A DNA stretch of 64,000 nucleotides from Candidatus Bathyarchaeia archaeon (GCA_038727135.1 JAVYWL010000001.1:544001-608000); one strand, 5' to 3'; counted from the first letter of the stretch, positions 1 through 10,785 are shown. Made by a program: numbers and translations. Notes: generated by a model not told the origin, from the letters alone.

Positions 1-267
1 GTGCTTAACCGTGAAAAATGGTTTGTCAATTTCTTCAACACGGCACAAGCCATAACCCCGAGAATGCACGCCCTGGAGCTTATTCCCGGGATAGGCAAAA
101 AGTACATGTGGCAGGTTATAAACGAGCGGGAGAAAAAACCTTTTGAAAGCTTTGAGGACCTACAAAAGCGAACCGAAATCCCCAACCCGGTTAAGCTCCT
201 CACAAAAAGGATTTTGGAGGAGTTGGCTGGCGAAAGCAAGTATAGGCTTTTCACAAGAGCCCGCTGA
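1..267 (+). CDS. DUF655 family putative RNA-binding protein, C-terminal part (runs off window)
   Basis: FFN-A--ITPRMHALELIPGIGKK HhH motif; usual position upstream of ksgA in archaea. Confidence 0.85.
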   Translation: MLNREKWFVNFFNTAQAITPRMHALELIPGIGKKYMWQVINEREKKPFESFEDLQKRTEIPNPVKLLTKRILEELAGESKYRLFTRAR

Positions 268-287
268 AAGGGGCTGTAAACGCTTCC

Positions 288-1106
288 ATGAGTCTAATTG
301 AAGAGGCGAAGCTTCTCCTTCGAAGGTATCGAATTTTCCCGAAGAAGCGTCTCGGGCAACATTTTATGGTTGAACCGTCAATTTTTCAACTTTTAGCCAG
401 TTACGCCTCGCTTTGCAAAAATGATGTTGTTTTGGATATTGGCGCTGGGTTGGGTTTTTTAACCCGCTTTTTAGCCGAAAAGTGTGAACGGGTTTTGGCT
501 GTTGAAGTGGATAATAGGCTTGTTAGAGTTTTGCGTGAGCAACTTGGAGCGTTGCCAAATGTCGAGGTTATTGAGGGAGACGTTCTTAAGCTTCCACTTC
601 CAGTATTCAACAAGGTTGTTTCCGTACCGCCATACAGCATTTCTTCAGCTTTAATCCAATGGCTCTTCGACAAGAAACTCGAGTGTGCAGTTTTTATTTT
701 TCAAAAAGAGTTTGCAAGCCGTCTTGTGGCACCCGTCGGAAGCGAAGACTATGGCTGGTTGACTGTTCTAACCTACTACCATTTCGATGTTGAGCCTTTA
801 GACGATGTGCCAAAGACTTTTTTCTATCCACAGCCCGAAGTAGACTCCATAATTGTCCGTCTGAAACCTAAACTGCCACCGCCTTTTAAGCTGAGGGATG
901 AAGCTCTTTTTGTTAGACTTGTGCAAGCTCTTTTCACACAACGCAACAGAAAAGTTAGAAACGCAATCCAACCCTTCATGAGGAAAGAGCATAAAGCTTT
1001 CAGAGAAGCTGTCAAAATAGCTGATGCTCTTCCCTTTCATGATAGGCGTGTGCGGGAACTGGCGCCAGAAGACTTTGGTGAGCTGGCAAATGCGCTTGCC
1101 AACTAA
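288..1106 (+). CDS. rsmA: 16S rRNA dimethyladenosine transferase KsgA/Dim1
   Basis: KKRLGQHF, DIGAGLG SAM motif, PPYSIS, F-PQPEVDS. Confidence 0.95.
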   Translation: MSLIEEAKLLLRRYRIFPKKRLGQHFMVEPSIFQLLASYASLCKNDVVLDIGAGLGFLTRFLAEKCERVLAVEVDNRLVRVLREQLGALPNVEVIEGDVLKLPLPVFNKVVSVPPYSISSALIQWLFDKKLECAVFIFQKEFASRLVAPVGSEDYGWLTVLTYYHFDVEPLDDVPKTFFYPQPEVDSIIVRLKPKLPPPFKLRDEALFVRLVQALFTQRNRKVRNAIQPFMRKEHKAFREAVKIADALPFHDRRVRELAPEDFGELANALAN

Positions 1107-1713
1107 GCGGGTGTTCTTCAAAAACTATGTTTTCGATGTTTGGCAAGACGTTTACGAACCAGCAGAAGACTCCTTTCTGTTCGCGGAAAACCTAGCTGTG
1201 AAGGAAGGCGAAAAAGTCCTTGATGTGGGAACTGGATGCGGTATCCTCGGTATAATCGCCTCAAACAAAGCCTCCCAAGTAGTTGCAATAGATATAAACC
1301 CAGCAGCGGTGCGATGTGCCAAGGAAAATGCTAAGCTAAACGGTGTTGGCGATAAAATGTTCTTTATTCAAGGCGACCTTTTTGCGCCACTAAAGACTGG
1401 AGAAAAGTTCGATTTAATCCTTTTTAATGCACCCTATCTGCCAACAGAACCGTTTGAAGGCAAAACTTTTGTTGAGCGTGCATGGGCTGGCGGGACAAGC
1501 GGCAGAGCGGTCATAGACCGCTTTTTGAACGGAGTTCGTGGTTATGTTAATGTTGGTGGTCGTGTTTTGTTGATGCAGTCCACCCTCGCGGATATAGATG
1601 AAACTATGCAAATTTTGGAGGTTAAAGGTTTCAAAGCGGAGATCATTGTAAGTTTAGACCTTCCCTTCTTTGAAACGATAGTGCTCATTGAAGCGAAAGC
1701 TAGCCTTCCCTAG
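1090..1713 (+). CDS. HemK2/PrmC-like class I methyltransferase
   Basis: VYEPAEDSFL, LDVGTGCG, FNAPYLP; ATG 1090 chosen over 1024. Confidence 0.9.
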   Translation: MRLPTKRVFFKNYVFDVWQDVYEPAEDSFLFAENLAVKEGEKVLDVGTGCGILGIIASNKASQVVAIDINPAAVRCAKENAKLNGVGDKMFFIQGDLFAPLKTGEKFDLILFNAPYLPTEPFEGKTFVERAWAGGTSGRAVIDRFLNGVRGYVNVGGRVLLMQSTLADIDETMQILEVKGFKAEIIVSLDLPFFETIVLIEAKASLP

Positions 1714-2725
1714 CCCTAAAGGATTCTAACCTTGCGAGCATTTCTTGCTTCTTTTGCTCGCTTAAGAAGGAGGCTTGAAAAGAGTTTTTGGCGAGCTCAA
1801 AAATGTGGTGTGCGTCTAAGCGGAGCGCCCTCTGTACTGCAATGTAGTTTTCGTTTATGTAGCCTCCAAAATATGCTGGGTCATCAGAATTCACCGTTAC
1901 AAGGAGTCCCTTGTCGAACATTTTCCTCAATGGATGCTCCTTCATGCTTTTTACAACGCCCAACTTCAGATTTGAAAGCGGACAAAGCGTTAACGGGATT
2001 TTCTGCCTAGCCAACTCTTTAACAAGATTTTCATCGTCAAGGGCGTGGTTTCCATGGTCAATGCGGGAAACCTTGAGAAGCTTGATTGCCTCCCAAACAT
2101 ATTCTGCGGGGCCCTCCTCACCAGCATGAGCAACCGTCAAAAAGCCTTCATCAATAGCTTTTTCAAAGACCTTTTGAAACTTTGAGGGTGGATTACCAAC
2201 CTCAGCTGAGTCAAGCCCGACAGCCACAATCCAGTCCTTGTAAGGCAAAGCCTCTTCTAATGTTTTGAAAGCTGAATCCACGTCTAAATCCCTTAAGAAA
2301 CACATTATCAGTTTTGTTGAAATCCCAAGCTTCTTTTCTCCATCTTTAAGGGCTTTGTGTATGCCTGTCACTACGACATCGAATTTTATTCCTCTTCTCG
2401 TGTGGGCTTGGGGGTCAAAGAATACTTCAACATGTAAAACGTTTTGGGAGCGCGCCCTTTCCAGATAAGCCCATGTTAAATCATAAAAATCCTGCTTCTT
2501 TTGCAGAACTTTCACTCCCTCGTAGTAAACGTCCAAAAAGTCTTGGAGATTTCTGAAGTTGTAAGCCTTCCTACCTTCTTCAACACTTCCATATTTTGGT
2601 TGGATACTATTCCTTCGTGCGATTTCAATCATCATTTGTGGTTCAAGAGTGCCTTCAATGTGTAGGTGCAGCTCTGCTTTCGGAATTTCTCTAATAAGTG
2701 TCTCCAAGGAATTTTTGTCTCTCAT
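1700..2725 (-). CDS. add: Adenosine/adenine deaminase
   Basis: PKAELHLHIEGTLEP, HAGEE, RIDHG, NSDDPAYFGG. Confidence 0.93.
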   Translation of the reverse strand: MRDKNSLETLIREIPKAELHLHIEGTLEPQMMIEIARRNSIQPKYGSVEEGRKAYNFRNLQDFLDVYYEGVKVLQKKQDFYDLTWAYLERARSQNVLHVEVFFDPQAHTRRGIKFDVVVTGIHKALKDGEKKLGISTKLIMCFLRDLDVDSAFKTLEEALPYKDWIVAVGLDSAEVGNPPSKFQKVFEKAIDEGFLTVAHAGEEGPAEYVWEAIKLLKVSRIDHGNHALDDENLVKELARQKIPLTLCPLSNLKLGVVKSMKEHPLRKMFDKGLLVTVNSDDPAYFGGYINENYIAVQRALRLDAHHIFELAKNSFQASFLSEQKKQEMLARLESFRAREG

Positions 2726-2832
2726 TTCTATGTGAATAGCTGTTTCAACCGCTTTATAGGATTTTGTTGAAAAACTATATAATGTGAAGGCTTTACTATT
2801 GCTAGAAAACACCACTTGGAGCGTGAACATTC

Positions 2833-3354
2833 ATGTGTATAATTGGGAAGGACAAGTTGAAGGAGCTTATTGAAAATTACAAGTGTATATACCCATACGA
2901 CTATAACCTCCTTGATGGGGACAGCTATGTGCTAACGGTTAAAGATGAGACGACGCTAAATTATCTGGAACATAAAAACTTAATATCCTACGAGATAGTT
3001 TTCACCCCGCCGAATTATGTTGCCCATCTAACGGCCAAAAGCAAGTATGGGCGGATGGGCTTATCCTTCCTTAACGCGGCGAAGGTTCACAGCGGCTTTG
3101 TGGGTAGGCTTGCCCTTGAGATTGTGAATTTGAGCAATGACCGTTGCCCAATAACCATTAAGCGGGGAGACCCCTTCATGCATATAGAGTTCATAACAAG
3201 GGAAGGCGAACCATCACCCTACATAGGCGAGTACCAGTTCCAGTACTTGACAGACGAAGAAGTGAAAATGTATATTCCAATTTTAAAGCGGGTTTTTCCA
3301 AACTATGATGAGCTTGCAAAAATATGGTTTAAAAATAGACCCTTTCCTCCATAG
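2833..3354 (+). CDS. dCTP deaminase/dUTPase family protein
   Basis: KSKYGRMGL, VHSGFVGRLALEIVN, PYIGEYQ motifs. Confidence 0.8.
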   Translation: MCIIGKDKLKELIENYKCIYPYDYNLLDGDSYVLTVKDETTLNYLEHKNLISYEIVFTPPNYVAHLTAKSKYGRMGLSFLNAAKVHSGFVGRLALEIVNLSNDRCPITIKRGDPFMHIEFITREGEPSPYIGEYQFQYLTDEEVKMYIPILKRVFPNYDELAKIWFKNRPFPP

Positions 3355-3475
3355 TTCCCACCCCGCATTCCTAAACTGAATTCACAATTCATAATCTTAA
3401 TCAAGTATGGGATGCCTATGCATGCTTAACAAACTGCTTAAATACCACTATTGTGTATGCTGAAAGGGATGCACC

Positions 3476-3988
3476 ATGCGCGCGCGCAACTACAGAGAGG
3501 TTAAAGGGCAACCCTACACTAGACGGGAGTTTGTCAAGGGTTTCCCCCAGCCGAAAATAACCAAGTTCACTATGGGAGACCCTAACGCCAAATTCGAGTA
3601 TGAGGCTAGGCTCATAGCCCTAGAAAGAGCCCAGATTAGGCATAATGCGTTGGAAGCTGCCCGTGTGGCAACAAACCGCCTCCTAATGGATAAACTTTCA
3701 AACAATTACTTTTTGCAAGTTCACCCATATCCACATGTTATTCTTCGGGAAAACAAAATGATTTTTGGGGCTCACGCAGACCGCCTTCAGGATGGTATGA
3801 GGCGGGCTTTTGGAAAGCCTATTGGCACTGCAGCACGTGTGGAACCAAACCAGACGATTATGACTGTTAGAGTGAACGCCAACGGCGTTGAAGTTGCAAA
3901 GGAAGCCTTAAGGCGGGGAGCCGCAAAACTTCCAACACCATGCAGGATAGTTGTTGAAAAATTGCAAGTTGAGGAGGCGAAAATGTAA
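3476..3988 (+). CDS. rpl10e: 50S ribosomal protein L10e (uL16)
   Basis: QIRHNALEAAR, ADRLQDGMRRAFGKP. Confidence 0.97.
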   Translation: MRARNYREVKGQPYTRREFVKGFPQPKITKFTMGDPNAKFEYEARLIALERAQIRHNALEAARVATNRLLMDKLSNNYFLQVHPYPHVILRENKMIFGAHADRLQDGMRRAFGKPIGTAARVEPNQTIMTVRVNANGVEVAKEALRRGAAKLPTPCRIVVEKLQVEEAKM

Positions 3989-6465
3989 TGGCGGAGACGA
4001 AAACAGACCTCGTGATATGGTTTGAAAACCTTAGGAGGACAGACATACCCCTTGTTGGAGGAAAAAACGCGAACCTAGGCGAAATGCTAAGTGCCGGCAT
4101 TCCAATCCCCCACGGATTTGCAATAACAGCCTACTCCTACAAACGTTTCATTGAGGAGACCGGCATAGCCAGCGAAATCTACAAAATCATAAAGGAGACT
4201 GTTAAGGACCCAAACGATCCAAAACAGTATGAGGAGGCCTCTAAAAAGATTCGCGCCCTAATCGAGTCTACGCCCATGCCTAAGGACATAGAAGAGGCCA
4301 TAAGAGCCGCCTACAGAGAACTATGCAAACGGTTAAACGTGAGTGATGTTTTTGTGGCGGTCCGATCCAGCGCTACGGCTGAGGACTTGCCGGACGCTTC
4401 TTTTGCTGGACAACAAGAAACGTATCTGAATGTTAGGGGCGAAAACGAGGTTATCGAGAAAACTATTAAATGCTGGTCCAGTCTTTTCACGCCTCGCGCC
4501 ATTTTCTATCGCACCCAGAAAGGCTTCGCCCATGAAAGGGTCCTCATAAGCGTCGGCGTCCAAAAAATGGTTCATGCTAAAGCTGCCGGCGTTATGTTCA
4601 CAATAAACCCCGTTACCGGAGACCCGAACCAAATTGTTATTGAGGGCAATTATGGCTTAGGCGAAGCTGTTGTTTCTGGAGCAGTCACTCCAGACGAGTT
4701 CATCGTTGACAAGCGAACCATGAAAATCATTGAGAGACGCATCGCCACCAAAAAAGTGATGTATGCTCGTGACCCCGATACTGGCAAGACCGTACACTTG
4801 GACGTGCCGGCTGAAAAGCAGAATATGCCATGCCTAACAGATGAAGAGGTTCTAAAACTCGCCGAGTTAGCTATAAAAATTGAGCAGCACTATGGCAAGC
4901 CCCAAGACATTGAATGGGCCATTGACAGCGAATTAGGCTTCCCAGAAAATGTTTTCATTGTCCAGTCCAGACCGGAAACTGTTTGGAGCCTTAAGGCGGC
5001 TGAAGCGCCCGAAAAGAAGGTTGAGATTGGCTTAGCAAAGCCAGAAGAGGCGTTAAAGGTTGTTGTTAAGGGTATACCAGCGGGCAAGAGGGGAATAGGC
5101 TTCGGAGTGGCAAAGGTTGTTTTAAACCCGGAGGAAGCTGCAAAAGTCATGCGGAAGGGCGACATTCTCGTCACAGACATGACTAATCCGGACTATGTAC
5201 CCTTCATGAGGCTTGCCGGCGCCATAGTCACAGACAAGGGTGGCATAACATGCCATGCAGCTATTGTGAGCCGTGAGCTTGGCATACCGTGTGTAGTCGG
5301 CACTGAAAACGCTACAAAGCTGATGGTTAGCGGCAAGGAATATACCGTTGATGCAAGAAGCGGAGTTGTCTATGAAGGCATAGTTCCAGCCATGACTGAA
5401 CATCCAACGCCGACGCCATCCGGAGCAGCTTCCCAAGCGGCGTTTGCTGGCATTGTCCAATCGGTTCCAGTAACTGCAACGAAAATTTACATGAACCTTG
5501 GGGTTCCAGAGAAGATCGAAGATTATAAGGACTTGCCCTTTGAAGGCATCGGGCTTATGCGCATCGAATTCATTCTAGCCAGCTACATTGGAGAGCATCC
5601 ACTCTACCTCATAGAGATTGGGCAAGGACAAAAGTTTGTGGACAAGCTTGCAGAAGGCATAGCCACTGTCGCTAGGGCTATACAGCCCCGCCCAGTTGTT
5701 GTGCGCTTCAGCGACTTCAAAACAAACGAGTACCGCGAACTTAAAGGCGGAGAAAAATACGAGATTGTTGAGAACAATCCTATGTTGGGCTGGCGGGGAT
5801 GCAGCCGCTACATAAGCCCATGGTATGAGAAAGCCTTCCGCCTAGAATGTCAAGCTATAAGAAAGTGCCGTGAAGAGTGGGGACTAAAAAACGTCTGGGT
5901 TATGCTTCCAGTCGTGCGTACCCTCTGGGAAGCCAAAAAGTGTCTGGAAATAATGCGTGAGGAAGGCTTGGAAAGGTCAAAGGACTTTAAGGTTTGGTTT
6001 ATGGCTGAAACACCATCAATAGCCATATTAGCCGACGAGTTCTCGAAGCTTTGCGACGGCTTCTCCATAGGCTCAAACGACATGACGCAAGGCATACTGA
6101 TGATTGACAGAGACTCCGAACGCCTAGGGCAGATGGGATACTTTGATGAGAGAGACCCGGCTGTAAAAAGGATAATAGCCCACCTAATCAAGGTAGCCCA
6201 CGAAAACGGCTGCACTGTCTCCATCTGCGGCGAGGCGCCTTCAAACCTTCCAGACTTCACAGAGTTTCTGGTGCGGGCTGGAATAGACAGCATATCAGTA
6301 AACCCCGACGCTGTAATAGCCACAAAGAAGCTTGTAGCAAGCATAGAGCAAAAAATAATCCTAGAAAAGCTTGCAGAACAGCATGAGCGAGCCCTAGGGC
6401 GTCCGGTTAAAAGACCAAAAGAAGACTGGGAATGGACGCCCAGATGGGATGAAAGCATAAGGTAA
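3988..6465 (+). CDS. ppsA: Phosphoenolpyruvate synthase
   Basis: VGGKNANLGEM, VRSSATAED, CHAAIVSRE phospho-His, FSIGSNDMTQ. Confidence 0.97.
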   Translation: MAETKTDLVIWFENLRRTDIPLVGGKNANLGEMLSAGIPIPHGFAITAYSYKRFIEETGIASEIYKIIKETVKDPNDPKQYEEASKKIRALIESTPMPKDIEEAIRAAYRELCKRLNVSDVFVAVRSSATAEDLPDASFAGQQETYLNVRGENEVIEKTIKCWSSLFTPRAIFYRTQKGFAHERVLISVGVQKMVHAKAAGVMFTINPVTGDPNQIVIEGNYGLGEAVVSGAVTPDEFIVDKRTMKIIERRIATKKVMYARDPDTGKTVHLDVPAEKQNMPCLTDEEVLKLAELAIKIEQHYGKPQDIEWAIDSELGFPENVFIVQSRPETVWSLKAAEAPEKKVEIGLAKPEEALKVVVKGIPAGKRGIGFGVAKVVLNPEEAAKVMRKGDILVTDMTNPDYVPFMRLAGAIVTDKGGITCHAAIVSRELGIPCVVGTENATKLMVSGKEYTVDARSGVVYEGIVPAMTEHPTPTPSGAASQAAFAGIVQSVPVTATKIYMNLGVPEKIEDYKDLPFEGIGLMRIEFILASYIGEHPLYLIEIGQGQKFVDKLAEGIATVARAIQPRPVVVRFSDFKTNEYRELKGGEKYEIVENNPMLGWRGCSRYISPWYEKAFRLECQAIRKCREEWGLKNVWVMLPVVRTLWEAKKCLEIMREEGLERSKDFKVWFMAETPSIAILADEFSKLCDGFSIGSNDMTQGILMIDRDSERLGQMGYFDERDPAVKRIIAHLIKVAHENGCTVSICGEAPSNLPDFTEFLVRAGIDSISVNPDAVIATKKLVASIEQKIILEKLAEQHERALGRPVKRPKEDWEWTPRWDESIR

Positions 6466-6529
6466 CAACCGCTCAGACTATCCCCCTTTTCCTAGTCAAT
6501 GTTCTTTAAAGGTTGTTTGGTGTTCCACC

Positions 6530-7525
6530 TTGAAGATGTTTGATTTTGAAGAAGAAAGGTTAAGGCAGGAAATTGCTAAGCTTGGAGCCAAACGCGTTTT
6601 AATACAACTGCCAGAAGGACTGAAAGGTGAGGCTCCCCGTCTGGCAAAAGTTGTTGAAAAGGCTGGTGCTTTGCCAATCGTTTCCGCAGACCCATGCTAC
6701 GGTGCTTGTGACCTAGCAACTTCTGAAGCTGAAAGCCTCGGCGCAGATCTCATAGTGCATTATGGGCATACAAAGCTTTTGAAATATGAAAAAGTACCAA
6801 CCATTTACATTGAGGCGCGAGCCACCATAAGTGTCACAGAGACCGTTGAAAAGGCACTACCTTTAATGGAAAATTGGCATAAGGTGGGCTTAGCCACAAC
6901 GGTCCAGCATGTGCAAACCCTCGACGAAGCAAAAGAAGTGCTAATTCGCGCCGGAAAAACTGTCATGGTTGGCGATGCTGGACGCCTAAACTATCCCGGA
7001 CAGGTTGTTGGATGCGACTACAGCAACGCTAAATCCATTGCTGAAGACGTTGAAGGCTTCCTCTTTATAGGCGGCGGACGCTTTCATGCTCTAGGATTAG
7101 CTCTCGCAACATCAAAACCCACAATAGTCGCAGACCCCTACGAGAAGAGAGCCTACCCAATAGACGAGGAAGCCCAAAAGGCTCAAAAGCAAAGATGGGC
7201 GTGCATCCAAGAAGCCCAAAAAGCAAAAACCTTCGCAGTTCTTGTGGGACTTAAAACCGGACAAAAACGGCTGGATGAAGCCCTAACCATAAGAGAAAAG
7301 CTTGAAAAAGCTGGCAAGGACGCCTACCTATTCGCCATTAGAGAAATAACACCAGAAACAGTCATGAACTTTCCAACCGTGGACGCTTACGTTAATACGG
7401 CATGCCCACGAGTGTCCATTGATGCTCCATCCAAGTTCTCAAAGCCGATGCTAACCATAAACGAGGCACTTATGGTTCTCAGTGAAATTTCATGGAAAGA
7501 GCTTTGTAAAAGGGGATTTTTCTAG
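6530..7525 (+). CDS. dph2: Diphthamide biosynthesis enzyme Dph2
   Basis: QLPEGLK, CYGACD, GQVVGC, TACPR Fe-S cysteines. Confidence 0.95.
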   Translation: MKMFDFEEERLRQEIAKLGAKRVLIQLPEGLKGEAPRLAKVVEKAGALPIVSADPCYGACDLATSEAESLGADLIVHYGHTKLLKYEKVPTIYIEARATISVTETVEKALPLMENWHKVGLATTVQHVQTLDEAKEVLIRAGKTVMVGDAGRLNYPGQVVGCDYSNAKSIAEDVEGFLFIGGGRFHALGLALATSKPTIVADPYEKRAYPIDEEAQKAQKQRWACIQEAQKAKTFAVLVGLKTGQKRLDEALTIREKLEKAGKDAYLFAIREITPETVMNFPTVDAYVNTACPRVSIDAPSKFSKPMLTINEALMVLSEISWKELCKRGFF

Positions 7526-7537
7526 AGACGAAGGCGT

Positions 7538-8266
7538 ATGGCAAGGAAGATTGCGGTTTGTCTTGAAGTCGGCTTAGAGGGAACAGGCGCCTTTGTTCCA
7601 GAATGCCCGGGATGCTGGGTTTTCGGACACTCTCCAGAAAGCGCTCTTACAAAAGTGAGAACCGCTGTCGCTGAATGGTTCGACTGGCTAGAAAAGCACG
7701 GTGAACATGTTCCAGCCGAGGCAAGAGGCTTTGAAATTGAGGTTGCAGAAGTTTTGAGGGTGAGCTACAATCCAGTTGAGGCTGGAAAGCCTGAACCCCT
7801 CTTCTGGTCTGAAGTGGCTCCCATCACTAGAAAAGATATTGCTTGGACTTTAAAGCTCATGGATTATTCTAGGGAAGACTTGTTGAAACTTGTTTCAAAC
7901 TTGAGCATCGGAATTCTGGACTGGCTGCCTCCGGGAAAGCCTCGCACCATTAAGAACTGCTTGCGACACATTGCCCATGTTGAATCTTGGTACATAACGC
8001 GTTTAAATGTTGAACTGCCCACATGTTATCCAAGAAATGTGTTTGAACTATTAAGCCACACTAGAAAAGTCGTTGTTGACTATTTGAAGAACATGCCGAA
8101 GGAAAAAATGCGAGGAGTTTTCCAACCCGAAACGGACAAAAGTCCGATGTGCAATCTCTGGACCGCCAGAAAGGTTTTGAGGAGACTTGTGGACCATGAA
8201 AGGTTGCATACGCGTTACATAGCCAAAGTACTTCAGACCTACAGCGAACTGGGAAAGGTTTATTGA
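7538..8266 (+). CDS. HicB-like N-terminal domain fused to DinB-like domain
   Basis: AFVPECPGCWVFGHSPESAL (HicB-like); HIAHVE and WTARKVLRRLVDHERLH (DinB His ligands). Confidence 0.65.
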   Translation: MARKIAVCLEVGLEGTGAFVPECPGCWVFGHSPESALTKVRTAVAEWFDWLEKHGEHVPAEARGFEIEVAEVLRVSYNPVEAGKPEPLFWSEVAPITRKDIAWTLKLMDYSREDLLKLVSNLSIGILDWLPPGKPRTIKNCLRHIAHVESWYITRLNVELPTCYPRNVFELLSHTRKVVVDYLKNMPKEKMRGVFQPETDKSPMCNLWTARKVLRRLVDHERLHTRYIAKVLQTYSELGKVY

Positions 8267-8314
8267 GCTGTTCCGAAGTATTCTAATAAGCCTTATAGTT
8301 GGGATGCTGGCAAC

Positions 8315-8896
8315 ATGAGTTTGCAATCTTCAAAAAGGAACAGTGGACAACTGGTTCTGCCCGGCGAACCCTTAGGCGTTATTGAAGAGTTTGTTCCAAA
8401 CGCTGGCACATATGTTAAGGACGGGGTCATATACTCGAAGATTGTTGGGCGTTCCCTTCTGGATCTTCTCAACAAGCGGGTTTCAGTCTTCCCATTAGTT
8501 CATGGAGCCCGCGTTCCAAAGGTTGGAAGCATCGTTATAGGGCAAGTTTCCAATGTCCAGACGCAAATAGCCACAGTCCGCATTTTCAAAATTGGAAAGA
8601 AGCTTCTTTCAGGATTTTTCACTGGTCTACTTCATGTTTCTGACGTGCACTTAAGATTTGTTGAGTCCATGTTTGACATCTGCAAGCCCGGCGACATAAT
8701 CCGCGCAAAAGTAATCAGCGAAAAGAACAGGGCTTATCATCTAACAACCAAGGATAAAAGCTTAGGCGTTGTTTATGCGTTTTGTTCTCAATGCGGCGAA
8801 GTGCTGGAGCTTAAAGGCCGAGGTTTGCAGTGTCCAAGGTGCGGGAAAATTGAAAAGCGCAAAACAGCTTTAGACTATGGTAGAGGAATAATCTGA
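8315..8896 (+). CDS. csl4: Exosome RNA-binding subunit Csl4
   Basis: VLPGEPLG, S1 domain, LGVVYAFC-x2-C...C-x2-C..EKRK. Confidence 0.95.
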   Translation: MSLQSSKRNSGQLVLPGEPLGVIEEFVPNAGTYVKDGVIYSKIVGRSLLDLLNKRVSVFPLVHGARVPKVGSIVIGQVSNVQTQIATVRIFKIGKKLLSGFFTGLLHVSDVHLRFVESMFDICKPGDIIRAKVISEKNRAYHLTTKDKSLGVVYAFCSQCGEVLELKGRGLQCPRCGKIEKRKTALDYGRGII

Positions 8897-8897
8897 A

Positions 8898-9194
8898 ATG
8901 GTTGGTGGAAAAGTGAAAGTTAACGTTTTAAAGAGAACGGAAAACGAGCTTAAAATTGAGGTTGAAGGGGCTGGTCACACCATCTGTAACCTCCTCCAAA
9001 AAAGGCTTTTAGAAGATGAAAATGTGGAGTTGGCTGGCTACGATATTCCACATCCCCTTACACCAGTTCCAGTCATTTATGTTCGGACAAAGGGCAAAGT
9101 TAAACCCGAGGAGGCTCTACTAAAAGCGTTAGAAAAAGCCCGTGAAATGAACGAGGAGTTTAGCAAAGCCCTCCAAAAAGCCCTTAAAAAGTGA
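8898..9194 (+). CDS. rpoL: RNA polymerase subunit Rpo11 (L)
   Basis: GHTICNLLQ, AGYDIPHPL; follows csl4. Confidence 0.95.
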   Translation: MVGGKVKVNVLKRTENELKIEVEGAGHTICNLLQKRLLEDENVELAGYDIPHPLTPVPVIYVRTKGKVKPEEALLKALEKAREMNEEFSKALQKALKK

Positions 9195-9573
9195 CTCTAT
9201 CCCTTATCGTCGATAATAGTCGGGTGAAGCCGTCCACAGAATTTTCTGACTTATGTAGTATTGATACACACTCGTCCAGTGGCATGAGTCCATAAAGCCA
9301 GGCATAAACTATGAGGGCTTCGGCGGCATCAGCCAACATGTGGCTTGAAACCCTTGAGGGCATGTGTGTTCTTAACCCGGCCTCTTTGAAGGCTTCCACC
9401 AGCACCGTTCCCTTTACCTTAGCACCGGAAGGTTTGCCTCTTTTCATGGACAATGCTAATGAATAAGCGAAATTTATGTATGCATCGCCCAAAGCTGCCA
9501 ACTTATGGTCGGTGAGCACCTCTGTTAAGCTTCTATAGGACTTTGTGAAAGGAAACCGCTTATGTTTCTTCAA
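9184..9573 (-). CDS. Archaeal RNase III-like single-domain protein
   Basis: LAALGDAYINFAYS and ADAAEALI motifs. Confidence 0.75.
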   Translation of the reverse strand: MKKHKRFPFTKSYRSLTEVLTDHKLAALGDAYINFAYSLALSMKRGKPSGAKVKGTVLVEAFKEAGLRTHMPSRVSSHMLADAAEALIVYAWLYGLMPLDECVSILHKSENSVDGFTRLLSTIRDRVTF

Positions 9574-9657
9574 TTCTCAACCCTTAAAGGCTCTTGTGCT
9601 CCTCCGACTTATATTTAAGTACAACTCCTTGTGTATGTTGTTTTGGGTGCAAAAAGT

Positions 9658-10785
9658 ATGGCTGCAGAGGAGGTCCGCAGAACCGAGAACATCGAACTTT
9701 CTGAAGAAGCCTTAAGAGAATATCTTTCCAGCTTATATGGCTGCGAAGTGGAGATTCTTGGCTTTTGGAAACTTGGCGAGGAAAAAGTCGAAGGCGTCGG
9801 GGACTTGAAAGGTTTTGGTTATGGTGTACCCTACGTTATTGAGTTCCGGACCAAGGGCGATGTTAAACGGGTTGTGTTGGAAACATTGCGTCCAAACGGT
9901 TTCGGCCACGATTTTCCTTCAGACCGTGCACAAGTTCTTCTTTGGCAGCACAGCGCCTTCAACAAGTTGAATAGGCACGTACGTTCTATCGATGTCGGTG
10001 CTTTCACAGTTGATGGTAAAAAGCTGAAGTCTCTCGGAGACACGGGCGAATTCTTCATTCTAACAGAATTTGTAGAGGGCGTGCCCTACCATTGCGATTT
10101 GGATAGAATTAAGAAAACTGGCAGCCTAACAGATTTGGATGAAGAGAGATGCCTAGCCTTATCCGATTATTTGGTTGAAATCCACTCGGTTAAGAGAAAG
10201 GATGCCCCTCAACTTTACGTCAGGAGGCTTAGAGACCTCCTTGGGCATGGAGAGGGAATCTTCGGATTGGCGGATAGCTATCCCAGCGGCTTAGACTACG
10301 TTAATGAGAAGTTTTTGGTTGAGTTAGAGAAGATGTGTGTTGAGTGGCGGTGGCGTCTTAAAAAGAAAGCCCATAGGCTTTCGCAAGTGCATGGGGACTT
10401 CCACCCATGGAATATCCTATTCAGAGAAGGCTTAGACTTCATAGTTCTTGATCGCAGCAGGGGCGAATGGGGCGAACCAGCAGATGATGTGAGCGCCATG
10501 ACAATAAACTATATCTTTTATTCGCTGCAGGTCTATGGGCGAATGGATGGGCCATTTGATAGACTTTTTCTGCTTTTCTGGCGGAATTATGTGGATAAAA
10601 CAGGTGATGAAGAAATTTTAAGCGTAATCCAACCCTTCTATGCTTGGAGAAGCCTTGTTTTAGCCTCGCCTATATGGTATCCAAATCTTCAGACCGATGT
10701 AAGAAGGAAGATTTTGCAGTTTTCACAGAAAATGCTAAAAACTAAAACCTTCGACTATGAGAACGTCGACGTGTACTTCAGATAA
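9658..10785 (+). CDS. Aminoglycoside phosphotransferase-like kinase
   Basis: HGDFHPWNILF, LDRS, G-PADDV. Confidence 0.85.
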   Translation: MAAEEVRRTENIELSEEALREYLSSLYGCEVEILGFWKLGEEKVEGVGDLKGFGYGVPYVIEFRTKGDVKRVVLETLRPNGFGHDFPSDRAQVLLWQHSAFNKLNRHVRSIDVGAFTVDGKKLKSLGDTGEFFILTEFVEGVPYHCDLDRIKKTGSLTDLDEERCLALSDYLVEIHSVKRKDAPQLYVRRLRDLLGHGEGIFGLADSYPSGLDYVNEKFLVELEKMCVEWRWRLKKKAHRLSQVHGDFHPWNILFREGLDFIVLDRSRGEWGEPADDVSAMTINYIFYSLQVYGRMDGPFDRLFLLFWRNYVDKTGDEEILSVIQPFYAWRSLVLASPIWYPNLQTDVRRKILQFSQKMLKTKTFDYENVDVYFR

